Shown piece after piece: positions 48,267 through 57,520 of a DNA stretch of 64,000 nt. The DNA is from a candidate division WOR-3 bacterium (GTDB lineage: Bacteria; Hydrothermota; Hydrothermia; LBFQ01). Each line of letters starts with the position of its first letter. The stretch's first letter is position 1. The position numbers and the translations under genes are program-made. Under the pieces are notes generated by a model. The model searched no databases and was not told the DNA's origin. It worked only from the letters and a program-made list of their open reading frames with translations. Location of the stretch: assembly GCA_027050205.1 (NCBI GenBank), contig JALUCS010000083.1, positions 32,001 through 96,000 on the forward strand. The letters are read 5' to 3'.

Positions 48267-50117
48267 TCACCACCCCCCACCTCCACCACCGCCGCCCCCT
48301 CCACCGGAGAAGCCCCCACCGGAGAAGCCACCGCCACCGGAGAACCCGGAGGAGCTGCCCGGAGGTTTGACGGAGGATGCAACAGTCTCGGAGACGTTCC
48401 TCCCTACATCGCGGAAGAAGGTAGCGTACCCGCGGGAGGTGGTGAAACGCATGTAGTAAGGGCCTTCGTACCACTCCGGGCGGTAGTCCATGGCCTTCAG
48501 GTCCTCGGCGAACTTGCTAGCCCACGTATCTACAATGTCCAAGGCGAGGGCGTAGGGCAGAAACCTCTCAAATATCCTCGGTAGGCTCTCCCTCGGAAAG
48601 AGGGCCTTGAGCCGCTCCTTCTCCGCCGTCTGAAGGAACATCCTGAAGCCCTCAATCCTGTCCATCACCTCCCGGCCCTTACGGGTGGGGGCGGCCATGT
48701 ACTTACCGAAGAAGAGGTTGACGGCCACCAACAGGAGGAGGGAGAGGAGTAGGATGGAGTCCCACAGGAGGTTCCCCGTGCCGAAAAGGAAGGTGGATAG
48801 GGGTAGGAAGGCGAGGACGACCACCACTAGCACGATGGCCTTCACCACCTTGGAGGATATGGACAGGGTGCCTACGACCATAACGGCGAAGACGAGGAGC
48901 AACACCCCCCTGAACACCATCTCCTCACCACCGAGGAACAGGGAGAGGGCTACCCCGATCACCGATAGGAGGACGCCGACACCCACGTAGTCCCGGTTGA
49001 GCCTGAACAGATGCCCGTACATCCGGGCGAGGGCGACCTTTAGCCTACCTACGGCCCTACGGATCTCGGAGGAGTAGGAGCCTTTCCTTAGAGTTAAACT
49101 CTGCGGTAGGGCCTCATAGACCTCCCTCTCGTCCTCCGTAAGGTCCTCCCTACCTCCGTCAAGTTTCACCAACTCGTACCTCCCTCCCCTCTCCTCCCGT
49201 ATCTTCAGGGATCGCTTTACGGCCATATCTATGAGGTTGGCGGCGAAGCAGGTGTCGTCGTATCCCATCCTCATCACGTACCTGACGGCCGCCGGGGACA
49301 TACCCTCCGGTGGCCTGAACTCCGGCATTATCGTACCCTTCGGTGGGTCTTTCCCCACCCTCGCCCAAGCCCAGAGGTAGTAGAGGGAGACGACTGCCAA
49401 GGTTAGGAGGAGGACGAGGACGTGGAGGTTGTCCGTCAAGAACCACAGGAGCCTCCGCACCGTACCCGGTTCTCTAACGTACCCCTTCGGCCATCCGACG
49501 ACGATGGTAAGGTTCTCCCCGGCCATGAGGGGGCGAGTTGTCCTGAAATGCACCCTACCGCCCTCATCCACCCACGCCTCGTAGTCCCTCCCCTTCTCCC
49601 CGTACCTCCCCGTATAGGCCTCGTACCGGATGCTGTCCTTCGGGACGCCCTTCGGCAGTACCACCGTAGCTTCCACCCTCAAGAGGGGGAAGCGCCAACC
49701 CGTCCCGTTCACGTTCCAGTAGAGCTCGTCGTGATCCTTGAAGAATCCTATCTGCCTGTCCGTCGTATATACGAGGGTGTAGGTGTGGGTGCCGGGTGGG
49801 AGGAGGACGTCCTTCTTGCCTACGTATATCCGGACACCGTTGGAGAGTTTCTTCACAAACCAATCCTCCGGTTTCCCATCCCTCATAACCTTCAACACCT
49901 TGAAGCCCACCCTGAAGTTGTAGCCCTTCCAACGGTAGGCGGTGGGAAACTCTCTGTATATCCCGTGCCTTATCCTGTTGCCCTTGGACTCAACGGTAAT
50001 GTCCTCACGGACGAGGAGGGAGGCGTCCTCCCTGACCATCACCCTCTGCTTGAAGGCCACCACGCACTCCCCCACACCGACCTGTTCCTGACATACGGCA
50101 AGTAAAGCTAAAAACAT
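48267..50117 (-). CDS. DUF2207 family membrane protein
   Basis: HGIYREFP, DELYWNVNG.GW.FP, IEGFRMFL and FERFLPYALAL motifs; Gly-rich GGGGGGW tail. Confidence 0.93.
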   Translation of the reverse strand: MFLALLAVCQEQVGVGECVVAFKQRVMVREDASLLVREDITVESKGNRIRHGIYREFPTAYRWKGYNFRVGFKVLKVMRDGKPEDWFVKKLSNGVRIYVGKKDVLLPPGTHTYTLVYTTDRQIGFFKDHDELYWNVNGTGWRFPLLRVEATVVLPKGVPKDSIRYEAYTGRYGEKGRDYEAWVDEGGRVHFRTTRPLMAGENLTIVVGWPKGYVREPGTVRRLLWFLTDNLHVLVLLLTLAVVSLYYLWAWARVGKDPPKGTIMPEFRPPEGMSPAAVRYVMRMGYDDTCFAANLIDMAVKRSLKIREERGGRYELVKLDGGREDLTEDEREVYEALPQSLTLRKGSYSSEIRRAVGRLKVALARMYGHLFRLNRDYVGVGVLLSVIGVALSLFLGGEEMVFRGVLLLVFAVMVVGTLSISSKVVKAIVLVVVVLAFLPLSTFLFGTGNLLWDSILLLSLLLLVAVNLFFGKYMAAPTRKGREVMDRIEGFRMFLQTAEKERLKALFPRESLPRIFERFLPYALALDIVDTWASKFAEDLKAMDYRPEWYEGPYYMRFTTSRGYATFFRDVGRNVSETVASSVKPPGSSSGFSGGGGFSGGGFSGGGGGGGGGGGW

Positions 50118-50283
50118 TCCCACATTTTACCCCCGAAACCTCCCGCGGAGGCGGGCCGTCCGGACCCAGAGGATGCACACTGTCGCCCACATAATCGCAA
50201 ATAATGTGGAATGAGAAATTACATTCAACAAACTTCCGGAAATTAACTGCAGAAGGATAGAATTCCTCCTTAGAATTCTCTCT

Positions 50284-50505
50284 ATGACAACGTACGTCGC
50301 AAAGGTGAAGGGTATGACCTGCCCCCACTGCGCCATGAAGGTCAAGAAGGCCCTTGAAAGGGCTGGATACAGCGACGTTCAGGTCTCCCTTGAGAGGGGG
50401 GAAGCGCGGTTCAAGAGCCAGGAGGAGGTCTTCTTTGAGGAGGTGGCGGAGGTAATAGGGGAGATAGGATACGAACTGGTAGAACTAACGGAAAGCAATC
50501 AGTAG
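50284..50505 (+). CDS. copZ: CopZ-like heavy-metal-associated chaperone
   Basis: V.GMTCPHC..V.KAL motif. Confidence 0.9.
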   Translation: MTTYVAKVKGMTCPHCAMKVKKALERAGYSDVQVSLERGEARFKSQEEVFFEEVAEVIGEIGYELVELTESNQ

Positions 50506-50541
50506 CCCAGCGAACGCTGTACTCCCTTATCATTCCCATCT

Positions 50542-52011
50542 ATGATAGGGATAGCAAGTCTCCTAATAGCGGAAACTTTCGGACCTGCGAGCCTTGAGTG
50601 GAAGCAGTTCAGGCACGATTACAAGAGGACGGGGCGCTCCGCCCTGCGAGGCAACTGCTCCTCCCTCTCGGAGCTTTACGACCGCGTCCACGGAGGTTTG
50701 GACCTAAGCGTCATAGCCGTGAACGTAAACTCGGACGGGGATCACGACATCATAGCCGCCGAGTACAACGACGACGGCGTGGCGGCGAAGGACGGCAGCA
50801 GTGGCTCCTCTATCTGGAACCGTTATATGAGCGGCGAGTACTTCGGTAGGCCTATGGCCTCCGTGGCGGCCTCAACGTCTGCGGGGAGGGTGTATGCACA
50901 CGGTAGATCCAGGTTCTGGGTCCTCTCGCTCTCCAGCGGCGGCGTGATATACTCGTGGACCAAGTCCTCCACCAGAGGGGAATCCCCCCTCATAGCCGAC
51001 GTAGATGGCGACGGGTGTCCGGAGATATACATCACGCCTACGAGCAGGGCCTACAGCGTAGACGGCTGCGCCTCCTCCTTCTCCTACCACTGGTCGGTGT
51101 CCCTGCCTGCCGACGCCCACGCCGCCGCCATGGGCGATGTGGACGGCGATGGGGATATGGAGGTCCTGTTCCCTATGACGAACGGCAGCATCTACGTCGT
51201 CGACGCCCTCACCGGCACCTACCACAGCTCTTTCTCCGCCGGTGTGCCTTCCTCCCCCACCTCCCCCGACTACACGGTCGCCCTTGGGGATCTGGACGGG
51301 GACGGAAGGGACGAGGTGGTCGTCCCCCGGTCCTCAGGCATAGCAGTGTACGACTACACCACCTCGTGGAACCTGGCGTGGAGCGTGTCGGTCTCCAGCC
51401 CGGTGGCCGTGGCCCTCGGAGATAAGGACGGGGACGGCCTTGAGGACGTATGGACCAAGAACGGCTCCGAGCTTTCCGTCTATAGGGGGACGGATGGGGC
51501 GCACCTCGGCTCTACGAGCGGCCTCGGTATGGCTTCTAAACCTCCCGCCCTCCTCCACCTGAACCTGGACGGGGTCATAGACGCCGTCGTTATACGGGGC
51601 TACACCATCGCCCTCGTGAATGGGGCCACGATGAGCGTAATGGGAACCTACGGTACCACCCCTTACAGCATCACGTCGGAGGTCGTTCCCCTCAAGCTCT
51701 CGCCGACATCCATAGGCTTCACGGTTGGGGACTACTCTTGCCACATCACGACCTGGGGGTCCTGTCCCCTCGGCTCTCCGGACGACGAGCTTGCCGTCTC
51801 GGAGAAGGGTAGTGTCGGTGAGAGGATAACCGTAGCATCCGGTCGCGTTGAGGTGGAGGTGGCCGAAGGGACGCCAGTATCCCTCTACACCTCCTCCGGC
51901 CGCGTGGTGTTTGAGGGTACCTCCAAGGGGAAGGTGGTCATTAGCGACCTCAAGAAGGGGGTCTATCTCCTCAAAGTCGGGGACAGGTTCAATCGCATAA
52001 TCGTAAGGTAG
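50542..52011 (+). CDS. Secreted FG-GAP/VCBS repeat protein with T9SS-like tail
   Basis: W.QFRHD..RTG start, D(V/L)DGDG repeats, and tail LYTSSGRVV...KKGVYLLKVG...IIVR. Confidence 0.85.
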   Translation: MIGIASLLIAETFGPASLEWKQFRHDYKRTGRSALRGNCSSLSELYDRVHGGLDLSVIAVNVNSDGDHDIIAAEYNDDGVAAKDGSSGSSIWNRYMSGEYFGRPMASVAASTSAGRVYAHGRSRFWVLSLSSGGVIYSWTKSSTRGESPLIADVDGDGCPEIYITPTSRAYSVDGCASSFSYHWSVSLPADAHAAAMGDVDGDGDMEVLFPMTNGSIYVVDALTGTYHSSFSAGVPSSPTSPDYTVALGDLDGDGRDEVVVPRSSGIAVYDYTTSWNLAWSVSVSSPVAVALGDKDGDGLEDVWTKNGSELSVYRGTDGAHLGSTSGLGMASKPPALLHLNLDGVIDAVVIRGYTIALVNGATMSVMGTYGTTPYSITSEVVPLKLSPTSIGFTVGDYSCHITTWGSCPLGSPDDELAVSEKGSVGERITVASGRVEVEVAEGTPVSLYTSSGRVVFEGTSKGKVVISDLKKGVYLLKVGDRFNRIIVR

Positions 52012-52043
52012 GCGACCGGTGGCCGTCCTTAGAATCGTCTTCC

Positions 52044-53498
52044 ATGCTCGTCAAGGACGATAAGGTGATATTTGAAAAACACAAGGAGGGGGCGGGGAGA
52101 TTCCCCGTCCCCGACTTCCCCGTTGGGTACGACATCCCCCCGGAGTTGAAACGCACCGTCCCCCTTGATCTCCCGGAGGTCCCGGAGAACGAGGTCGTCA
52201 GGCACTACGTCAGGCTCTCACAGAAGAACTGGGGTGTGGATATAGGCTTCTACCCCCTCGGCTCCTGCACGATGAAGTACAACCCCAAGTTCAATGAGGA
52301 CGCCTCCCGCCTCCCCGGATTCACCCACCTGCATCCCCATTCCCCCACCCATCTCGTTCAAGGGGCGCTGAAGTTGATGTACGAGCTTCAGGAGTACCTG
52401 AAGAAGCTCACGGGGATGGACGGGGCGACCCTCCAGCCCGTTGCCGGCGCCAGCGGGGAGCTGACGGGCATATTCATAATAAAGGCCTACCTGAAACATA
52501 AAGGGGAGGGACACAGGAACGAGGTCCTCATACCGGACTCCGCCCATGGCACCAACCCCGCCACGGCCTCCATGGCCGGCTTCAAGGCGGTTGAGGTGAA
52601 GTCCAACGAGAGGGGTACCCTGGACGTTGAGGACCTGAAGGCCAAACTATCGGAGAGGACTGTCGGCCTCATGATAACCAACCCCAACACCCTCGGCCTC
52701 TTTGAGAGGGACATAAGGCGGATAACCGACCTCGTCCACAGGGCCGGTGGTCAGGTGTACATGGACGGGGCGAACTTCAACGCCCTGATGGGGTGGGTGA
52801 GTCTGGCCAACCTCGGTATAGACGTCGTACACCTCAACCTCCACAAGACCTTCTCCACCCCTCATGGCGGAGGGGGACCGGGGGCCGGGGCCGTGCTGGT
52901 CAGGGAGCATCTGAAGGACTTCCTGCCCGTCCCGACGGTTGAGTACGACCCGGAGAGTGGGGAATACTACCTGAACTGGGACAGGCCCCTGAGCATAGGC
53001 AAGGTCCACGCCTTCTACGGCCACTTCCTCGTGATGGTGAGGGCCTACGCGTACATCCTCTCCATGGGTGGTGAGGGCCTTAAGCAGGCGGCCGCCGACG
53101 CCGTCCTCAACGCCAACTACCTCCGTCACCTCGTTGAGGGGGAGTACAAGATAGCCTACCCCACCCGCAACATGCACGAGTTCGTCGCCACCGCAATGCC
53201 CATCAAGAGGGAGACCGGCGTAAGGACGTACGACATAGCCAAGAGGCTACTTGACTACGGCTTTCACGCCCCGACCGTCTACTTCCCCCTGATTGTACCG
53301 GAGGCCCTGATGATAGAGCCAACGGAGACGGAGACCAAGGAGACCCTTGAGGCCTTCGCCGATGCCCTCATAAAGATAAAGAGGGAGGCCTACGAGAACC
53401 CGGACCTCGTGAAGGAGGCCCCCCACAACACCCCGGTGAGGCGGCTTGACGAGGTGAAGGCGGCGAAGCAGTTGAAGGTCAAGTGGGAGGGTAGTTAG
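52044..53498 (+). CDS. gcvPB: Glycine dehydrogenase (decarboxylating) subunit 2
   Basis: YPLGSCTMKYNPK, PDSAHGTNPA, LNLHKTFSTPHGGGGPG and MIEPTETE motifs. Confidence 0.97.
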   Translation: MLVKDDKVIFEKHKEGAGRFPVPDFPVGYDIPPELKRTVPLDLPEVPENEVVRHYVRLSQKNWGVDIGFYPLGSCTMKYNPKFNEDASRLPGFTHLHPHSPTHLVQGALKLMYELQEYLKKLTGMDGATLQPVAGASGELTGIFIIKAYLKHKGEGHRNEVLIPDSAHGTNPATASMAGFKAVEVKSNERGTLDVEDLKAKLSERTVGLMITNPNTLGLFERDIRRITDLVHRAGGQVYMDGANFNALMGWVSLANLGIDVVHLNLHKTFSTPHGGGGPGAGAVLVREHLKDFLPVPTVEYDPESGEYYLNWDRPLSIGKVHAFYGHFLVMVRAYAYILSMGGEGLKQAAADAVLNANYLRHLVEGEYKIAYPTRNMHEFVATAMPIKRETGVRTYDIAKRLLDYGFHAPTVYFPLIVPEALMIEPTETETKETLEAFADALIKIKREAYENPDLVKEAPHNTPVRRLDEVKAAKQLKVKWEGS

Positions 53499-53517
53499 CC
53501 CCCTTAGAATGGACCTT

Positions 53518-54108
53518 ATGTTAGCTTTGCTTGCGCTGTCGCCGAAGGTGCCGGTTAGCCTTTACGTGTATGAGGAACACTGGGGGGCGAAGATACCGCT
53601 CGCTAAGGTTGAGGGGAAGAGGGGCGTATCCCTGCGGACGATAAATACCCGGACCTTCTACTGCCGCATAGATGTACCCGATTCCATCCTGGACCCGGAG
53701 AGGTGGAAGGGCCTGAAGGATAGGTACGCAATGTTTCAGGGGACGGACCTACCCACCTACCACTTCCGGTACAGGTACGGGGATATGCTGAAGGAGGTTG
53801 AGACCTACGGCCCTCCGAACGTCCAGCCCTTCCTCGGAGCCGTCTTCACCACCCTTATGCAGGTTCCCTGTAAGGGGGAGGTTAAACCCAAGAGGATCAC
53901 CCTTGAGTGGAGGGAGGTACAGGTCAAGCGGAAGCCCATCCCGGCCGGTAAGTACGAGGCCCTCATAGGTAAGACGGAGGTCAGGGGGAAGGACTACGAC
54001 CTCGCCTACGACCTCATCAAACGCTTTGGCCACATGGCCTTCACGGGCGTCATCCTTATGGACAGTAAGAAGAGGACGTGGGAGGTGAGGGTGAAGGTGG
54101 AGATTTGA
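53518..54108 (+). CDS. Hypothetical, probably exported protein
   Basis: Host-like codons; hydrophobic N-terminus MLALLAL starts 7 nt after TAGAAT. Confidence 0.65.
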   Translation: MLALLALSPKVPVSLYVYEEHWGAKIPLAKVEGKRGVSLRTINTRTFYCRIDVPDSILDPERWKGLKDRYAMFQGTDLPTYHFRYRYGDMLKEVETYGPPNVQPFLGAVFTTLMQVPCKGEVKPKRITLEWREVQVKRKPIPAGKYEALIGKTEVRGKDYDLAYDLIKRFGHMAFTGVILMDSKKRTWEVRVKVEI

Positions 54109-54114
54109 CCTCCC

Positions 54115-54840
54115 CTATCGGAGGTTCGCCGGAAACCTCGCCCACCTTACGACGTAGACCCTCCTGTTGGTATCCCCCCCCATTTCAGCCTTCAGTTTTA
54201 AACTGGATGGAGAAGGGCTTATCCCCAAGTCCACGAGGTCGTATCCCAACTCAAATCCCCGGCTTATACCGAGGTGGAGCAGGTAGGTGGGTACGAAGTT
54301 GAAGCCCCTCCAACCCATTTGCCACAGGAGGTACCTGTCCGGAAGGGCGAGGTTCAGTAGGACGCCGACCACCTCCCCCTCCACTGCTACCCCTACCCCC
54401 TCCACGCCGGGCAGGTCGTAAATCTCCCTAAGCCTCCCCTCCGGTATGGGCCTCCTACCGTAGCGTCTGACGGTTGAGGCGTAGAGGGGGTAGAAGACCT
54501 CAAAGGGCAGGGGATCCACAACCTTCCCCTTCTCCTTGGCCCGCCTTATCAACCTCCTCCTCTCCCTGTGGTACCTTGCCCCCCTCCTAACTACGGGCGA
54601 AGGGAAGGACAGGGTTGCCTCCGGGTGGGGGTAGAGGAGGGCTATCTCGCCCGCCGTAAAACTACCCGTTATGTGCCGCAGGGTTTTGGGATCAAGTGAG
54701 TGGGATGTGGGGAGGGTGTACGGAAAGGAGAGGAAAAGGCGAAAGAACAGGTACCTCCTAACCTCTATCCCAGGAAAACCCCCAGCCTCCACGTACCTAC
54801 CACCCACGACCCGCTCGCCGAACTCCTTCAGTGAGAGCAA
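54115..54840 (-). CDS. FemAB-like GNAT-fold protein
   Basis: RR.IRRA.EKG, FY.LY..T..R.G and LL..GI..G.E.GY..VDLG.S...L..K...GG motifs. Confidence 0.75.
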   Translation of the reverse strand: MLSLKEFGERVVGGRYVEAGGFPGIEVRRYLFFRLFLSFPYTLPTSHSLDPKTLRHITGSFTAGEIALLYPHPEATLSFPSPVVRRGARYHRERRRLIRRAKEKGKVVDPLPFEVFYPLYASTVRRYGRRPIPEGRLREIYDLPGVEGVGVAVEGEVVGVLLNLALPDRYLLWQMGWRGFNFVPTYLLHLGISRGFELGYDLVDLGISPSPSSLKLKAEMGGDTNRRVYVVRWARFPANLR

Positions 54841-55931
54841 GCCTCCATTTTAAGAGCGTTCCAGAACTCCCTCCACCGCTCCCTTGAGGTCTCAACGAAG
54901 AGCGATAGGGCGAGATCTCTGGCCCTACGGGATATCCTTTCCCTGTACTCCCCATCCTCCACCAACCGCCTCAAAACCCCCTCCGCCTCGTCAAGGCCAC
55001 CTACGACCGTCCCGTCGGCTCCGTTCAGTACGCCGAAGTCGTCCCCCAAAGATACGACGGGCGTCCCCAAAAGCATAGCCTCTATGGCCACGTTCGGTAT
55101 CCCCTCCGTCTTGGGCCTGCTCGTTATGACGAGGGCGGTTGCCCCCTTCAACAGGGAGTGCAGTTTCCTACGGGGCATTCGCGGGAGGGTCATCAGGTTG
55201 GGGGGACCGTCCATCGGGTACCCCACCATAACGAATTTCACCTCCGGCAATCTGCGGGCGAGTTCGGAGAAGAGTTCCGGCCTCTTGTTGGGGTTAGGGC
55301 GGGCCGAGACCCACAGGAAGTAGGGAGAAGGGATAGGGGGAGGGTCGGAAACGGAGGGGACGGTCTGGAGGTTGGGTAAGAGAACGACATCCTTTCCAGG
55401 GAACTTGGCCTTGACCCCGGCGAGCTGCCTTTCGTTCTGAACGGTTACGACGTCGGCCGCCCGCATCCCCAAGGCGACCCCCAAATCCAAAAGGGAGAAG
55501 AGGGGAAGGAGTAGGAGCTTCTTCAGGGGGGAACGGCGGGAGGCCATCAAGGTACGCACGTACTTGAAGTCCTCGTACCCTTCCTGGGCGTTTACGCTCC
55601 ATACGAGGGTACTACCCTTCAGGAGCTTGGCTATAAGACCCACTATGAGGTGATAGCTCCGCCCCCGCGCATAAACGGCGGACGGAGAGAGGTTTAGGGT
55701 CGCCCTTAGAAGGCGGAGGAGACGCGCGACCTCCCACCGGGAGGGACGGAGTAGAACGACCCTCAAGTTGCCCACCCTGTACTCCCGCCCCTTCCCCCGA
55801 TGGTCAAAGGCCACCAAAACACTCTCACAGACCTGCGATGCCACCTCACCGACGAAGTAGGTCTGTAAGTGGGACCCCGTGAAGGGTGCGTCGTCCTCCA
55901 CGGGGTACTCCGATAGGAGCAGGAGCCTCAC
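54828..55931 (-). CDS. GT4-family glycosyltransferase
   Basis: KRPELF and TS...EGIPNV.IEAM..GTPVVS motifs. Confidence 0.9.
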   Translation of the reverse strand: MRLLLLSEYPVEDDAPFTGSHLQTYFVGEVASQVCESVLVAFDHRGKGREYRVGNLRVVLLRPSRWEVARLLRLLRATLNLSPSAVYARGRSYHLIVGLIAKLLKGSTLVWSVNAQEGYEDFKYVRTLMASRRSPLKKLLLLPLFSLLDLGVALGMRAADVVTVQNERQLAGVKAKFPGKDVVLLPNLQTVPSVSDPPPIPSPYFLWVSARPNPNKRPELFSELARRLPEVKFVMVGYPMDGPPNLMTLPRMPRRKLHSLLKGATALVITSRPKTEGIPNVAIEAMLLGTPVVSLGDDFGVLNGADGTVVGGLDEAEGVLRRLVEDGEYRERISRRARDLALSLFVETSRERWREFWNALKMEACSH

Positions 55932-56593
55932 CGGGTGATGGCGTCCCGGATCTTCCTTAGGGTAGCTACGGGGTCTTTGGCTTCGGTCACCTCCCTACCC
56001 ACGATGAGGATATCGTCCTCCTGGAGCCACTTCAGACGCTCCGGAGGGACGGTACGGGCGTGGTCGTCCTTCTTCCTCCTTAGCCTTACCCCCGGAACGA
56101 CCACGTTGAGCATCTTGAAGTACTTCCTAACGGCGCGGGCCTCCAGGCCACTTACGACCACACCCCAGGCCCTCGCATCCGAGGCCATTCGGCTTAGCTG
56201 AATGGCGAGCTTGCGGGGGAACTTGCGGTAGATCTCACGGGCTTCGCTCACGTCAAGGCTGGTCAGGAGGGTAACGGCGACGACGCGGATGTCCGGTCGG
56301 GCCTCAACGGCGGCCTCCATCATCTTCTTACCACCGGTGGCGTGGACGGTAACGTACTCCACCTCCGGCAGGTCCCTCACGGTGGTGGCGACCACGGAGG
56401 GGATATCGTGGAGCTTCAGGTCCAAGAAGATGCGGACCCCATCGCGCAGGAGGGCGACGACCTCGTCGCGACCTTTCCCCGAGTACAGAGGCAGACCGAC
56501 CTTAAAGAGGTCGGCCTCTTCCCTAAGCTTCTCTACTAGCGCTCGCGCCTCCTCCCAAGAGTCGGTGTTAAGCGCTACGCATATCTGTGCCAT
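55928..56593 (-). CDS. pyrF: Orotidine-5'-phosphate decarboxylase
   Basis: FKVG, FLDLKLHDIP, TVHA.GG, VTLLTS, VPGVR and VGR motifs. Confidence 0.95.
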   Translation of the reverse strand: MAQICVALNTDSWEEARALVEKLREEADLFKVGLPLYSGKGRDEVVALLRDGVRIFLDLKLHDIPSVVATTVRDLPEVEYVTVHATGGKKMMEAAVEARPDIRVVAVTLLTSLDVSEAREIYRKFPRKLAIQLSRMASDARAWGVVVSGLEARAVRKYFKMLNVVVPGVRLRRKKDDHARTVPPERLKWLQEDDILIVGREVTEAKDPVATLRKIRDAITR

Positions 56594-57443
56594 ATTCGTA
56601 CAACCTCCCTTTTAGGTTTATGGTTTCCGCTATAACTTTGAGCGAATTCTCCCCCTTCATCTTCAACTCGTCCCCGTAGAGGATGAAGGCCCCGATGAAG
56701 AGTCCCCGGTAGCCGAGGACGGAGACGTATATCCCCCCTAAACTTGACAGGAGGATGTGCCATATTGCGTTCGGGTTCCTCTTGAGCCGCTCAACCTCCA
56801 CGGGTAGGTCCCTACCCTCCACCTCCCTGCCAGGGGCGAAGAAGGGGACGGATACGGCGAGGGCGACCAGATGGTCCACCTTAACCATACGTTCCCCTTC
56901 GTCCGGGAACTGGCCTATGCCTATCCTCTCCACCTTGTCCCCGATCAGACGGAAGGTGTAGAACTCCTCACCGGCTATGAAGACGGAGGCGTAGCTCCGC
57001 CCCTTCTGGAGGAAGAAACTCCTGTCCCCAACCTTTCCCTCCTTGATCCGTCGCATCTCCTCCGGAGATATGGGGACGCTCTTCCCTATCCTTATCGCCA
57101 TCAGGTCCCTCGCCTCGTCGGGCGATATGTCGCGAAGGCGGCCTTTGACGTTGGCCACCTCCATACCCACCAAGAGGGCCAGGGCCTCCTGCCTCGGTAT
57201 GTACAGCTTGGGGAGGTGGTCCGAGGGGTCTATCGGAGACCTTTGGACTATGGCCTTGTCCCACTCAAACATATGGTGCAGGCTCTTGAAGGTGGCCCCC
57301 CAGGTGCTGTCAAGACCTACGATGTTTCCGTCTACCAAGGCAACCTTCACCACCCCGAAGCCCCTTTTCCCCGAAGGGACGAACTGGAGTTTCCCACTCT
57401 CCTTACGCTTTATCGCCAGATAGAGGGCAACCACCGGATGCAT
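56568..57443 (-). CDS. Hypothetical protein with DUF4388/DUF2226-like repeats
   Basis: K.SGKL......G.V...DGNIVG......L..M.EW at the N-terminus; Y.G.FIGA......KGE.SL at the C-terminus. Confidence 0.55.
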   Translation of the reverse strand: MHPVVALYLAIKRKESGKLQFVPSGKRGFGVVKVALVDGNIVGLDSTWGATFKSLHHMFEWDKAIVQRSPIDPSDHLPKLYIPRQEALALLVGMEVANVKGRLRDISPDEARDLMAIRIGKSVPISPEEMRRIKEGKVGDRSFFLQKGRSYASVFIAGEEFYTFRLIGDKVERIGIGQFPDEGERMVKVDHLVALAVSVPFFAPGREVEGRDLPVEVERLKRNPNAIWHILLSSLGGIYVSVLGYRGLFIGAFILYGDELKMKGENSLKVIAETINLKGRLYEYGTDMRSA

Positions 57444-57520
57444 CTAACCCATCTATTATAATGGCGATTAACGGACTTTTACCAGCCCACCGGGATGTGC
57501 GATTATTTTAGGATTTGTGT

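Noticed and set aside
48267..48365. G/C-rich tandem repeat (CCACCGGAGAAGCC-like units)
   Set aside because: It encodes the ordinary Gly/Ser tail of DUF2207 proteins.
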